Shown: positions 17,498-25,635 of the stretch, one piece after another
Layout of the letters: each line of letters begins with the position of its first letter
Position numbering within the stretch: position 1 is the first letter of the stretch
Source: Thermodesulfovibrionales bacterium
GTDB taxonomy: Bacteria; Nitrospirota; Thermodesulfovibrionia; Thermodesulfovibrionales; JdFR-86
Reading direction: 5' to 3'
Length of the DNA stretch: 64,000 nt
Assembly (NCBI GenBank): GCA_030682405.1
Contig: JAUXOF010000038.1
Location: forward strand, 1,044 to 65,043
The notes under the pieces: generated by a model
What the model was told of the DNA's origin: nothing
What the model saw: the letters and a program-made list of their open reading frames with translations, nothing else
Databases searched by the model: none
Translations under genes and position numbers: made by a program

Positions 17498-18913
17498 TCA
17501 GTACCCCTCCGAAGTCCACATGTCCTTTGTGAACCTTACGGTCAGGTTCCTGCCCGAGTCCTTGGCCTTGTAGAGCGCGATATCTGCATACTTTATGGAC
17601 TGCCAGAAGTTGGGCGTGTCCTTCGGGAACTCGGCTATGCCTATGCTTATCGTCTTTTGTATGAAGCCCTTTGGCATCTTTATCTTCGTTTCCTCTATCT
17701 TCTTCCGTATCTTCTCGGCGATATTCCTCGACTCCCCGTCCTTTATGTCCTGAAGCACGGCCAGAAACTCCTCCCCCCCGAACCGTACCACCATGTCCGA
17801 CGCCCTGACGCTGTCCCTTATGATGTTGGACGTCTCCCTGAGCACAGCATCTCCCACGTTGTGGCCGTATGTGTCGTTGACCTCCTTGAAGAAATCAAGG
17901 TCGCACATCAGAAGGCCGATGTTCGTGCCCCTCCTGTGGGTCGTCGCAACGAGGGTCTCTGAGTACTCCTCAAGGAATCTCCTGTTATAAAGCCCTGTCA
18001 TCGGGTCCCTGAGCGAGGATTCCTTAAGGGTATCCATGAGCCTCTTTGCCTCAAGGACAGGCAATGCCTCCTTGATATACTTCTGGGCCCTCAACACATG
18101 TTTGTGCATGTCCTTATGCACTTCGCTGTTTTCGAAAATGAACTGGGTCACGCCTCCGGTGCTGTCGCCTATTATCATGGGGACGCAGATATACTGCTGC
18201 TCCGGGCTGCCGAGGAAATGCTTGCATATCCCCGGATAAGACAGCGAGGAGACGATATCGCCGGTCCTTTTTGCCCTGCAAAGGCTGGAGTTTACAAGCA
18301 TGTCCCTTTTGCAGGTCTCATCCGCCACCCCGCTTCCGCTGTTCATCGCCCGCATGGTATTTTTGCTGTTTGAGACCTCGTATATCTGGTATGACTTCAG
18401 GCCTAATGAATCGAAGGCGGTGCCGAGCCTTATGTAAATATCCTGCGGGGTGTCGTCCTCCTCTATGACCTTCTTGAAGAAATTCATGTCATGGATAGCC
18501 TCAAGGAGCTTGTTGAACTTGCCGGAAAGTTCGCCTATCTCATCTTTGGACGTGATTAATATCTTTTTGGACAGGTCTATCTCACCCTCTGAGATGGACT
18601 CTATCTGGTCAATCATAGCGTTTATGGGCCTTGTCATTGACCTTGAGAACCAATAGGCAAAAAACAGCAGCAACGCGATGGCAATCATTGCGGCCATAGC
18701 AATCATTATGCGGGAGGCCATGTTGTCGGCGGAGAATATTCCCACCCCTGCGATGAGCAAAAACCAAGCGCCGACCCCCGAACAGAAGATGAGGAACTTC
18801 TTCTTGATGGGCATGTCGGAAAAGGTGACAAAATCGACTGCGCGGGTCAATCTTTCCTTGCTGCTCTTCAACCGCTTCCCCCCAAACAAATTCGTGCTCC
18901 ATGAATATAGCAA
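17498..18913 (-). CDS. Membrane diguanylate cyclase (TM, HAMP, Cys-containing GAF-like middle domain, GGDEF)
   Basis: HAMP RPINAMIDQIESISEGEIDL..DEIGELSGKFNKL. Active GGDEF domain with RFGGEEF, preceded by DPMTGLYNRR. The true start may be the internal MPIKKKF. Confidence 0.85.
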   Translation of the reverse strand: MLYSWSTNLFGGKRLKSSKERLTRAVDFVTFSDMPIKKKFLIFCSGVGAWFLLIAGVGIFSADNMASRIMIAMAAMIAIALLLFFAYWFSRSMTRPINAMIDQIESISEGEIDLSKKILITSKDEIGELSGKFNKLLEAIHDMNFFKKVIEEDDTPQDIYIRLGTAFDSLGLKSYQIYEVSNSKNTMRAMNSGSGVADETCKRDMLVNSSLCRAKRTGDIVSSLSYPGICKHFLGSPEQQYICVPMIIGDSTGGVTQFIFENSEVHKDMHKHVLRAQKYIKEALPVLEAKRLMDTLKESSLRDPMTGLYNRRFLEEYSETLVATTHRRGTNIGLLMCDLDFFKEVNDTYGHNVGDAVLRETSNIIRDSVRASDMVVRFGGEEFLAVLQDIKDGESRNIAEKIRKKIEETKIKMPKGFIQKTISIGIAEFPKDTPNFWQSIKYADIALYKAKDSGRNLTVRFTKDMWTSEGY

Positions 18914-18992
18914 ACACTACATATTTTTGTAAATATCTTTTTATGCCCCGCAATTCTTGCAAGCATGGGTTGTGCAGGCCTCCGGCCCCCGG

Positions 18993-19030
18993 CGGGAAAA
19001 ATAGAAGGGGCAGGATATATTTCCTGCCCC
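18993..19030 (-). terminator. Rho-independent terminator after atpE
   Basis: On the minus strand, ggggcagga-aatata-tcctgcccc (9-bp stem) is followed by ttctattttt. Confidence 0.6.
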
Positions 19031-19076
19031 TTTATGAAGTGTTGCCCCTGTTTCAGGGGCCGAAAAAAACAGCGGT

Positions 19077-19430
19077 TTAGAAGAAAAGTTTCAGGTTGAT
19101 GAGAATGCCCAGCGACACGAGCAGCGCATAGATAGCCAGAGACTCTATCATTGCCAGACCGATGATGAGCGTTGTCGTGATTTTGCCGGATGCACCCGGG
19201 TTCCTTGCCACTCCCTCGCATGCCCTGCTTAAGCCGAGCCCCTGACCGATAGCTGCGCCGAAAGCGGCAATGCCTATTGCAAGACCGGCTGCAAGGGCGC
19301 CCATGGCCTTAAGCGAATCCGACCCTGAAACAGCGGCGGCCGGTGCAGCTTCCTCGGTAGCGAGCGCCAGCGGGGCGAGCATCATGACAAAGGCCATTGC
19401 GAGAACTGCAAATGTTGTAACCTTTTTCAT
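19077..19430 (-). CDS. atpE: F0F1 ATP synthase subunit c with an N-terminal signal-peptide-like extension
   Basis: Core AAGLAIGIAAFGAAIGQG...RNPGASGKITTTLIIGLAMIESLAIYALLV is a canonical c-subunit hairpin with the carboxylate Glu. It is preceded by about 45 extra residues, MKKVTTFAVLAMAFVMMLAPLALATEE... Confidence 0.85.
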   Translation of the reverse strand: MKKVTTFAVLAMAFVMMLAPLALATEEAAPAAAVSGSDSLKAMGALAAGLAIGIAAFGAAIGQGLGLSRACEGVARNPGASGKITTTLIIGLAMIESLAIYALLVSLGILINLKLFF

Positions 19431-19451
19431 TATTCGTTCCTCCTTTCTTTA

Positions 19452-20135
19452 TTAATGACCCTCTTCAACAGCGCCCGCAAGATAGAGCGTTGCCAAGAGG
19501 GTGAAAACAAAAGCCTGAATAAGGCTGACCAACGTACCCAATGCCAATATGAGCGTCGGGACTATCCACGGCGTAAGCATTGCAAGCACCATGAGTATGA
19601 TATGTTTTGCCAGCATATTGCCGAAAAGCCTCACAGACAGCGTAAGCGGCCTTACAAGATGCCCGATGCCCTCTATCACAAACATCAGCATCATAAGAGG
19701 CAGCGCCGCGACAGAGCGGATAGGTCCCATAAAATGCTTGAAATATCCGAGACCGTGGGCCCTCAGGCCGTAGTAGTGGGTCGCAAAAAACACGGGTATG
19801 GCCATAGAGGCGTTCATGTTTATGTTCGCCGTGGGGGATGCAAAACCCGGAATCAGGCCCATGAAATTGCAAAGCAGTATGTACATGAAAAGCGTCCCTA
19901 TCAGGGGAGACAGCCTTTCGCCCCAGCGGTGGCCGATGTTCTCCTCGGAGAGGTTCACCATGCCCTCCACAAAGGTCTCGACGACATTCTGCATGCCCCT
20001 CGGCACAAGCTGCAACGTCCCCCTTACCGCAAGCGAAACCCCTATGAGGATAAACGAACCCAGAAAGGCGAAAGATACAAAAGGCGGTACGACCTGCGGG
20101 TTAACCACTATGTCCATTAAAGTAGGTTCTGTCAT
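19452..20135 (-). CDS. atpB: F0F1 ATP synthase subunit a
   Basis: LTLSVRLFGNMLAKH contains the essential Arg motif. Multi-TM profile. Confidence 0.85.
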   Translation of the reverse strand: MTEPTLMDIVVNPQVVPPFVSFAFLGSFILIGVSLAVRGTLQLVPRGMQNVVETFVEGMVNLSEENIGHRWGERLSPLIGTLFMYILLCNFMGLIPGFASPTANINMNASMAIPVFFATHYYGLRAHGLGYFKHFMGPIRSVAALPLMMLMFVIEGIGHLVRPLTLSVRLFGNMLAKHIILMVLAMLTPWIVPTLILALGTLVSLIQAFVFTLLATLYLAGAVEEGH

Positions 20136-20233
20136 TTCTACCTCCGGAGAAAAATTAGTTTATAATAATTAAAAACCCCGCCGATGTCAAGGACATTTCC
20201 CCTTTGTGTCAAGCCAAAGTAGAAATGTCCTAT

Positions 20234-20260
20234 TCTTACACGTCTTACACGTCTTACACG
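20234..20260. repeat. Three perfect tandem copies of a 9-bp unit (tcttacacg)
   Basis: tcttacacgtcttacacgtcttacacg, in the divergent atpB/Nudix intergenic region. Confidence 0.9.
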
Positions 20261-20364
20261 CTTGGTTTTTGTATACCGGCAAGACTAAATCCTGAAGAGT
20301 TCTCCCTGATGAAAACTCACACAACAAGTTGAATAGAGAAGGCCTGGTATGGTTAAATCATTAT

Positions 20365-20862
20365 ATGCAGGACGAGATGCTCGAAGTGGTGGATGAAAAA
20401 GGCAATATCCGAGGCATTGCCCCGCGTTCGGTCATCCACGGAAACCCCTCCATGATGCATCGCGTAGTGCACATCCTCGTCTTCAACAAAAAGGGACAGC
20501 TTCTGCTTCAGAAACGCTCCCTTAAAAAAGACGTTGCCCCGGGCATGTGGGATACGTCCGTCGGGGGGCATGTTGACCCCGGCGAAGATATCGAGGAGGC
20601 GGCGGAAAGAGAACTGATGGAAGAACTCGGAGTCAGGGGAAAGCTTAAATTCCTCTACACCTACACCCACACGAACCCTTACGAGACCGAGATTGTCTAT
20701 ACGTTTACCTGCCTGCACGAGGGAGGGTTTTCATTCAACAAAAAAGAGATTGACGAGATAAGGTTCTGGGACATAGACGGCATAAGGGAGCAAACCGGCG
20801 CCGGGCTCCTCAGCGACAATTTTGAACACGAGTTCGCAACCTATCTTAAGGCCGGGCTATGA
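20365..20862 (+). CDS. Nudix hydrolase
   Basis: Nudix box GGHVDPGEDIEEAAERELMEELG. Start chosen at MQDEML. The ORF track allows a TTG at 20329. Confidence 0.8.
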   Translation: MQDEMLEVVDEKGNIRGIAPRSVIHGNPSMMHRVVHILVFNKKGQLLLQKRSLKKDVAPGMWDTSVGGHVDPGEDIEEAAERELMEELGVRGKLKFLYTYTHTNPYETEIVYTFTCLHEGGFSFNKKEIDEIRFWDIDGIREQTGAGLLSDNFEHEFATYLKAGL

Positions 20863-20903
20863 CGGAAAATTCCCGCCCGCCTGCCGGTTAAAAGACGCTG
20901 CAT

Positions 20904-21548
20904 TCAGCAACCCTTAGGCGAGTTGTTCTCCGCGCCGAAAATATATTTGTGAATCTGGAGGTTCAGCCTCACATCGAGCCTGTCCTCGAGAATCCACTCC
21001 GCAAGGGTTTTCGGGCCGAGAAACTCAAAGGCAGGAGAGAAAAGGACTTTGCATTTGTCCCTCAGGGAATATTTTGATATAAACTCCCTTGCCCATTCAT
21101 AGTCGGCCCTGTCCACGATTACAAACTTAACCTCGTCTTTGGGCTTCAGAAAGTCCAGATTAGACAGGTCCATCTCCCCGGCCATGCCGCTTTGGGGGGT
21201 CTTGATATCAAGCACTATAACGGCCCTCGGGTCAATATCCTTTATGCTCATGCTCCCGTTTGTTTCGATAAGGACTAAATGGCCGTCATTCAGCAGGCGC
21301 TCTATCAGATGAAAAACCCCCTCCTGCAAAAGAGGCTCCCCGCCCGTAATCTCCACAAGGTTCACTCCCACAATGGAGACCTCGTTGATTATCTCATCCT
21401 CTGTGAGTTCCATGCCGCTGTCATAGGCATAGGCAGTGTCGCAGTAAAAACACCTCAGATTGCAGCCTGAGAGCCTTATAAAAGTGCAGGGGACGCCGGC
21501 ATAGCTTGACTCTCCCTGTATGCTCGTAAATATCTCGCTGACCTTCAT
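20904..21548 (-). CDS. queE: 7-carboxy-7-deazaguanine synthase (radical SAM)
   Basis: MKVSEIFTSIQGESSYAGVPCTFIRLSGCNLRCFYCDT is the QueE N-terminal signature with a CxxxCxxC-type cluster. Start moved to the MKVSEIF Met. Confidence 0.85.
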   Translation of the reverse strand: MKVSEIFTSIQGESSYAGVPCTFIRLSGCNLRCFYCDTAYAYDSGMELTEDEIINEVSIVGVNLVEITGGEPLLQEGVFHLIERLLNDGHLVLIETNGSMSIKDIDPRAVIVLDIKTPQSGMAGEMDLSNLDFLKPKDEVKFVIVDRADYEWAREFISKYSLRDKCKVLFSPAFEFLGPKTLAEWILEDRLDVRLNLQIHKYIFGAENNSPKGC

Positions 21549-21583
21549 CCGTTTTCTCCGTCCCGTATAATAATATAAATCCG

Positions 21584-22480
21584 TCAAAACTTAAAATAAG
21601 ACTTTAAGACCCTCCCCTTCTCATCCATAACCACTGTTGCCGTAAAATGCTCGTCCGCCATGAAGGAATATGATAGTTCCTTCCACTTAACCGTTACGGC
21701 GCCGTTCTGTCTTTTGACCTCAGGATAGGGATATTTTGCAAAATAAAGGAAGTTTTTTACAACCCTGTCCTGCTTGGACATCTCTATCAAAGGGTCGCTC
21801 GCAGGCGGAGGATATGTCTCCTGAAAGCATATCCTTCCTGTAAACATATCCGCAAACCCAACCCTGACGCCGTCCTTGGACCTTGCCACAAACCACCACC
21901 TCAGGAAATCATTCGGAAGGGGGCAGACCGTGCATGTGGATTCATCCAGCCTGTGCCTTAAAAAATCTTCCGCTTTCTCGTGCAGATAGTACCTGCCGCC
22001 TGCATACAGCCCGAAAAACATCAGGGTAAAATAGGCTGCCGCCACAGCCCTTTTTTTATTGAAGGCGGCAAAAACCACGCCCGCCAGCAGGCCGATGCTG
22101 ACATACGGGTCTATTATGAACGCAAGGTCAAGGGAATACGCCTGCCAGTTAAGGGGAGACATCAGCCGCACGCCGTATTGGTTTATGAGGTCAAGCAAGA
22201 TATGAAACCCGTATGCCAAAGCAGAAAGGGAAAAGTAATACAGAAACCCTTTTCTCAGACCGAATATGAGGCCTATCACAAGAGATACGGCAAGTAAGGC
22301 CAATATCCCGTGAGTTATTCCCCTGTGGTATCTGAGGAACACGTCCACGCCCCAAAACCTCGTTATATAGTCAAGGTCAGGCGCCACAGAGGCAAAAAGC
22401 GCCACCCAGAGAGCAGCCCTTCTTTTGAAGCCTAAGTTCTTTATGGTTATGCCGGCAAGGGCATGGGTTACGGGGTCCAT
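21584..22480 (-). CDS. Membrane-bound metal-dependent hydrolase (YdjM/DUF457 family) with a C-terminal soluble extension
   Basis: MDPVTHALAGI...APDLDY...HRGITHG motifs and several TM helices. Confidence 0.65.
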   Translation of the reverse strand: MDPVTHALAGITIKNLGFKRRAALWVALFASVAPDLDYITRFWGVDVFLRYHRGITHGILALLAVSLVIGLIFGLRKGFLYYFSLSALAYGFHILLDLINQYGVRLMSPLNWQAYSLDLAFIIDPYVSIGLLAGVVFAAFNKKRAVAAAYFTLMFFGLYAGGRYYLHEKAEDFLRHRLDESTCTVCPLPNDFLRWWFVARSKDGVRVGFADMFTGRICFQETYPPPASDPLIEMSKQDRVVKNFLYFAKYPYPEVKRQNGAVTVKWKELSYSFMADEHFTATVVMDEKGRVLKSYFKF

Positions 22481-22632
22481 GGGTTTTGGAGATTATCATT
22501 TCTCAGCCACATCTGTAAAGCAGCGGAAGTCCCGATTAACCCGCCGCAAAAAACACCGTCCGTTAAAACCTCTTTACTTATCGCATAATCCATAATAGAA
22601 TTTAGGCAAGGGATTGACACCGTGGAGGGACT

Positions 22633-23007
22633 ATGACCGAAATGCTTCTTTTGGCAATAGTGGTTATCCTATCAGTGATAGCCGGTTTTCTCATACCCAC
22701 GCTCATTGAGCTGAAAAATGCCTCTAAAGAGTTAAGCAAGTTCCTCAACACCACAGAGAGCACGCTTAAGCCGACGCTTGAAGAGCTTAACGTGGTTCTG
22801 AAGGATGTCAAGGAAATCACATCAGACATAAACTCAGTTACCGCTGATGTCAGGAAATTCTCCTCTGCCGTAGGCGGCGTAGCCGAAAACATCCACGAAA
22901 TAAACAGGATTATGGGCGAAATACCGGCAAGGGTCTCCGGCATCAGGGCAGCCGTCGGAGCCGCGTTTGGGTTTCTTTTGACGAATCTCTTTAAAAAAGG
23001 TCAATGA
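22633..23007 (+). CDS. DUF948-type membrane-anchored stress protein
   Basis: A single N-terminal TM followed by a coiled region (IELKNASKELSKFLNTTESTLKPTLEEL), typical of DUF948. Confidence 0.5.
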   Translation: MTEMLLLAIVVILSVIAGFLIPTLIELKNASKELSKFLNTTESTLKPTLEELNVVLKDVKEITSDINSVTADVRKFSSAVGGVAENIHEINRIMGEIPARVSGIRAAVGAAFGFLLTNLFKKGQ

Positions 23008-23333
23008 CCTTCAAGGAGGAAACTGTGAGACACGACGAAGGGCATAGCGCAGGCACGGTAGTCTTATCCTTTCTATTCGGCGGAGTTGTAGGCGCAGGGC
23101 TTGCGCTTTTGCTTGCGCCGCAGTCAGGCCGCGAGACGAGGCAGAAAATCAGGGAATATGCCGATGACGTAAGGGAAAAGGCCGAAGACATAGCGGAACA
23201 GGTAAAAGAAAAAATGGACTCGGCGCTGCACAGCGGCAAGGACTATGTGGGCGAGAAAAAATCCATAATAACCGCGGCAATAGAGGCGGGCAAAGAGGCC
23301 TACGAAAAAGAAAAGGAAAAACACGCAAAATAG
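23004..23333 (+). CDS. YtxH domain-containing protein
   Basis: FLFGGVVGAGLALLLAPQSGRETRQKIREYADD matches the YtxH signature (LLAPxSGxETR). 4-nt overlap with the previous gene. Confidence 0.65.
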   Translation: MTFKEETVRHDEGHSAGTVVLSFLFGGVVGAGLALLLAPQSGRETRQKIREYADDVREKAEDIAEQVKEKMDSALHSGKDYVGEKKSIITAAIEAGKEAYEKEKEKHAK

Positions 23334-23348
23334 GGGGCCGGTTCGGGC

Positions 23349-25004
23349 ATGGGAGATAAAAGCAAGACGAAGGAAGAACTCCTCGATGAAGTAGCCCGCT
23401 TGCGCAGCCGCATTGCCGCGTTTGAGTCTACGGAGTCAGGGAATCCCGCCTTAAGCGAAAAGGACAAAGCCCGGAATTATCTCGATGTTGCTGGGGTGAT
23501 GTTCATCGTTGTCGATGCCGATGAAAGAGTCAGCCTCATAAATAAAAAGGGATGCGAGATACTGAGATACGGCGAGAGCGAAATCATAGGCAAAAACTGG
23601 TTTGAATTCATCCCGGAAAGGATGAGGGAAGATGTAAGGGGAATCTTTAAAAAACTGATGACCGGAGAGGTGGAGCCTGTAGAATATTTTGAAAACCCGG
23701 TACTGACCAAAGACGGGGATGAGAAAATCATCGCGTGGCATAACACGCTTCTTAGGGACGATGACGGCAGAATTACCGCTACGCTTAGTTCCGGGGAGGA
23801 CATAACAAAACGCAGGGAGATGGAAGAGACCCTCAGTGCCGCGCGCAGGAAGATGGAGGCTGAGGCGCTGAGGGCGGAGAAGCTCGAATCCCTTGGGGTT
23901 TTGGCCGGCGGGATAGCGCATGAATTCAATAACCTCCTGACCGCCATCCTCGGCAATGTTTCCCTTTCTAAGATGTACTCAAAGCCCGGGTACGAGGCAT
24001 TCGATATGCTGCTGGAGATAGAGAAGGCGTCTATCAGGGCAAAGGGCTTGACCCAGCAACTGCTGGCCTTCTCAAAGGGCGATGCCCCTGTCAAAAAGAC
24101 GGTCTCCATTTCGGTATTGCTGAGGGATTCCATAAATCTTTCATTGAACGTCCCCAATATCAGGTGCGAACTTTCCATTCCCGATGACCTGCCGCCTGTC
24201 GTGGCGGATGGAGGTCAGATAACCCAGGCAGTCGGCAGCCTGCTCACCAACGCCCAGCAGTCAATGCCAGGAGGCGGAGTTATCAGCGTGACGGGTGAAA
24301 ATGTAACTATGGGCAAGGAAAGCGCTTTACCGCTTGAACAAGGAAGATATGTAATGATAACAGTTAAGGATGCCGGGACCGGCATACCTGCCGAGCACAT
24401 CCAGAAGATATTCGACCCGTTTTTTACGACGAAAGAAGGGGCTGGAGGCCTGGGACTCACGAGCGCTTACTCCATAGTGAAAAAACACGGCGGCTATATT
24501 GCTGTTGAGTCCGAACCAGTAGCCGGCTCGACCTTCCGTATTTATCTGCCGGCATCAGGGGAGAGGCTTCCTGCTGAGGAGGATTCCGGGAGTTTTTCCG
24601 CTGCCGGAAAGGGGAGGGTGCTTGTCATGGATGACGAGGAACTGGTCAGGATTGTTGCGGACAGGATGCTCGTTCAATGCGGGTATGAGGCTGAGGCCGC
24701 AGAGGATGGCGGCTCGGCCATTGAGCTTTACAGGAAAGCCAAGGAGGCGGGAAAGCCCTTTGATGTCGTGATAATAGACATTGTCGTCCGAAGCGGGATG
24801 GGCGGCAAGGAGATGATGGAAAAACTTCTTGAGCTGGACCCTGATGCAAATGCGATAGTCTCAAGCGGTTATTCCGATGCCCCGTTGATGGCTGAATACG
24901 GAAAATACGGCTTCAAAGGAACCCTTCCCAAGCCGTACGAGACCGCTGAATTAAGCCGCGTGCTGCGGGAAGTGATTAAGGGAAAGCGGTCCGGCGGGCA
25001 ATAG
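23349..25004 (+). CDS. PAS-domain hybrid sensor histidine kinase (PAS, HisKA, HATPase_c, REC)
   Basis: H-box GGIAHEFNNLL, ATPase DAGTGIP..GGLGL, and a C-terminal receiver VLVMDDEE...DIVVRSGMGG. Confidence 0.85.
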   Translation: MGDKSKTKEELLDEVARLRSRIAAFESTESGNPALSEKDKARNYLDVAGVMFIVVDADERVSLINKKGCEILRYGESEIIGKNWFEFIPERMREDVRGIFKKLMTGEVEPVEYFENPVLTKDGDEKIIAWHNTLLRDDDGRITATLSSGEDITKRREMEETLSAARRKMEAEALRAEKLESLGVLAGGIAHEFNNLLTAILGNVSLSKMYSKPGYEAFDMLLEIEKASIRAKGLTQQLLAFSKGDAPVKKTVSISVLLRDSINLSLNVPNIRCELSIPDDLPPVVADGGQITQAVGSLLTNAQQSMPGGGVISVTGENVTMGKESALPLEQGRYVMITVKDAGTGIPAEHIQKIFDPFFTTKEGAGGLGLTSAYSIVKKHGGYIAVESEPVAGSTFRIYLPASGERLPAEEDSGSFSAAGKGRVLVMDDEELVRIVADRMLVQCGYEAEAAEDGGSAIELYRKAKEAGKPFDVVIIDIVVRSGMGGKEMMEKLLELDPDANAIVSSGYSDAPLMAEYGKYGFKGTLPKPYETAELSRVLREVIKGKRSGGQ

Positions 25005-25005
25005 G

Positions 25006-25569
25006 TTACATATCCCTTTCTGCCTTTTCGCAGAGACTTCCCAGATGCTGAACGACCTGGTCTTTGGGCGTATCCGTCTTTGCGCACATGCCCGAGGAAA
25101 TGAGCTTCATAAACCCAGCGTTCACTTTCTTGCCGTCCCTGATAAAGGATATTACGCTGCCCTTTTGGAGGTCTTCCCTGCTGTAAAAACTCAGGGCTTT
25201 TTTGTTGAACACCTTTGAAGCCTCGTCCATGAAGTCACTGGCGGCTTTTGCATCGCAGACGGCGATAAAGTCATGGGAGTTGAAGGCTCCGACAAATGCC
25301 TTGTACTTATCGGCCGTTGTCTTGAGCACGGCAGCGGCCCACTGGATTATGTCGGCATGCCTGTCCGGGCCGTATTTTATCAGGTAAGGGTGTATATTGG
25401 CGATTCTCACATATAATATATGTTTCAGGGGCTTGCCGTAGACCTCTGATATCCACTTTATTATGGCGGGTTTTTCAGGCAATCCAGTGAGGTAGTCGGG
25501 CCATAAGTACGGGTTATCCTGTTTTTTATGCAGTGCCTTGATGTATTTTTTTGCTTCCTTTGTTCCCAT
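25006..25569 (-). CDS. Stand-alone degenerate GGDEF-like domain protein (FNSHDF in place of GG(D/E)EF)
   Basis: DYLTGLPEKP aligns to DxLTGLxNRR. YVRIANIHPYLIKYGPDRHADIIQWAAAVL aligns to the DIDxFKxINDxxGHxxGDxxL block. VGAFNSHDFIAV aligns to RxGGDEFxxl. Confidence 0.5.
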   Translation of the reverse strand: MGTKEAKKYIKALHKKQDNPYLWPDYLTGLPEKPAIIKWISEVYGKPLKHILYVRIANIHPYLIKYGPDRHADIIQWAAAVLKTTADKYKAFVGAFNSHDFIAVCDAKAASDFMDEASKVFNKKALSFYSREDLQKGSVISFIRDGKKVNAGFMKLISSGMCAKTDTPKDQVVQHLGSLCEKAERDM

Positions 25570-25635
25570 GGCCAGCCTGATTTATTATTAACCGGAGCGG
25601 CGTCCGTGTCAAGTTGAAGTTACAATTTGATGCGT

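Noticed and set aside
20234-20260. Possible CRISPR array or other spacer-repeat structure (also considered for 33783-33887).
   Set aside because: The repeats are contiguous 9-bp and 21-bp tandem units without spacers, far shorter than CRISPR repeats. No cas genes are in the window.
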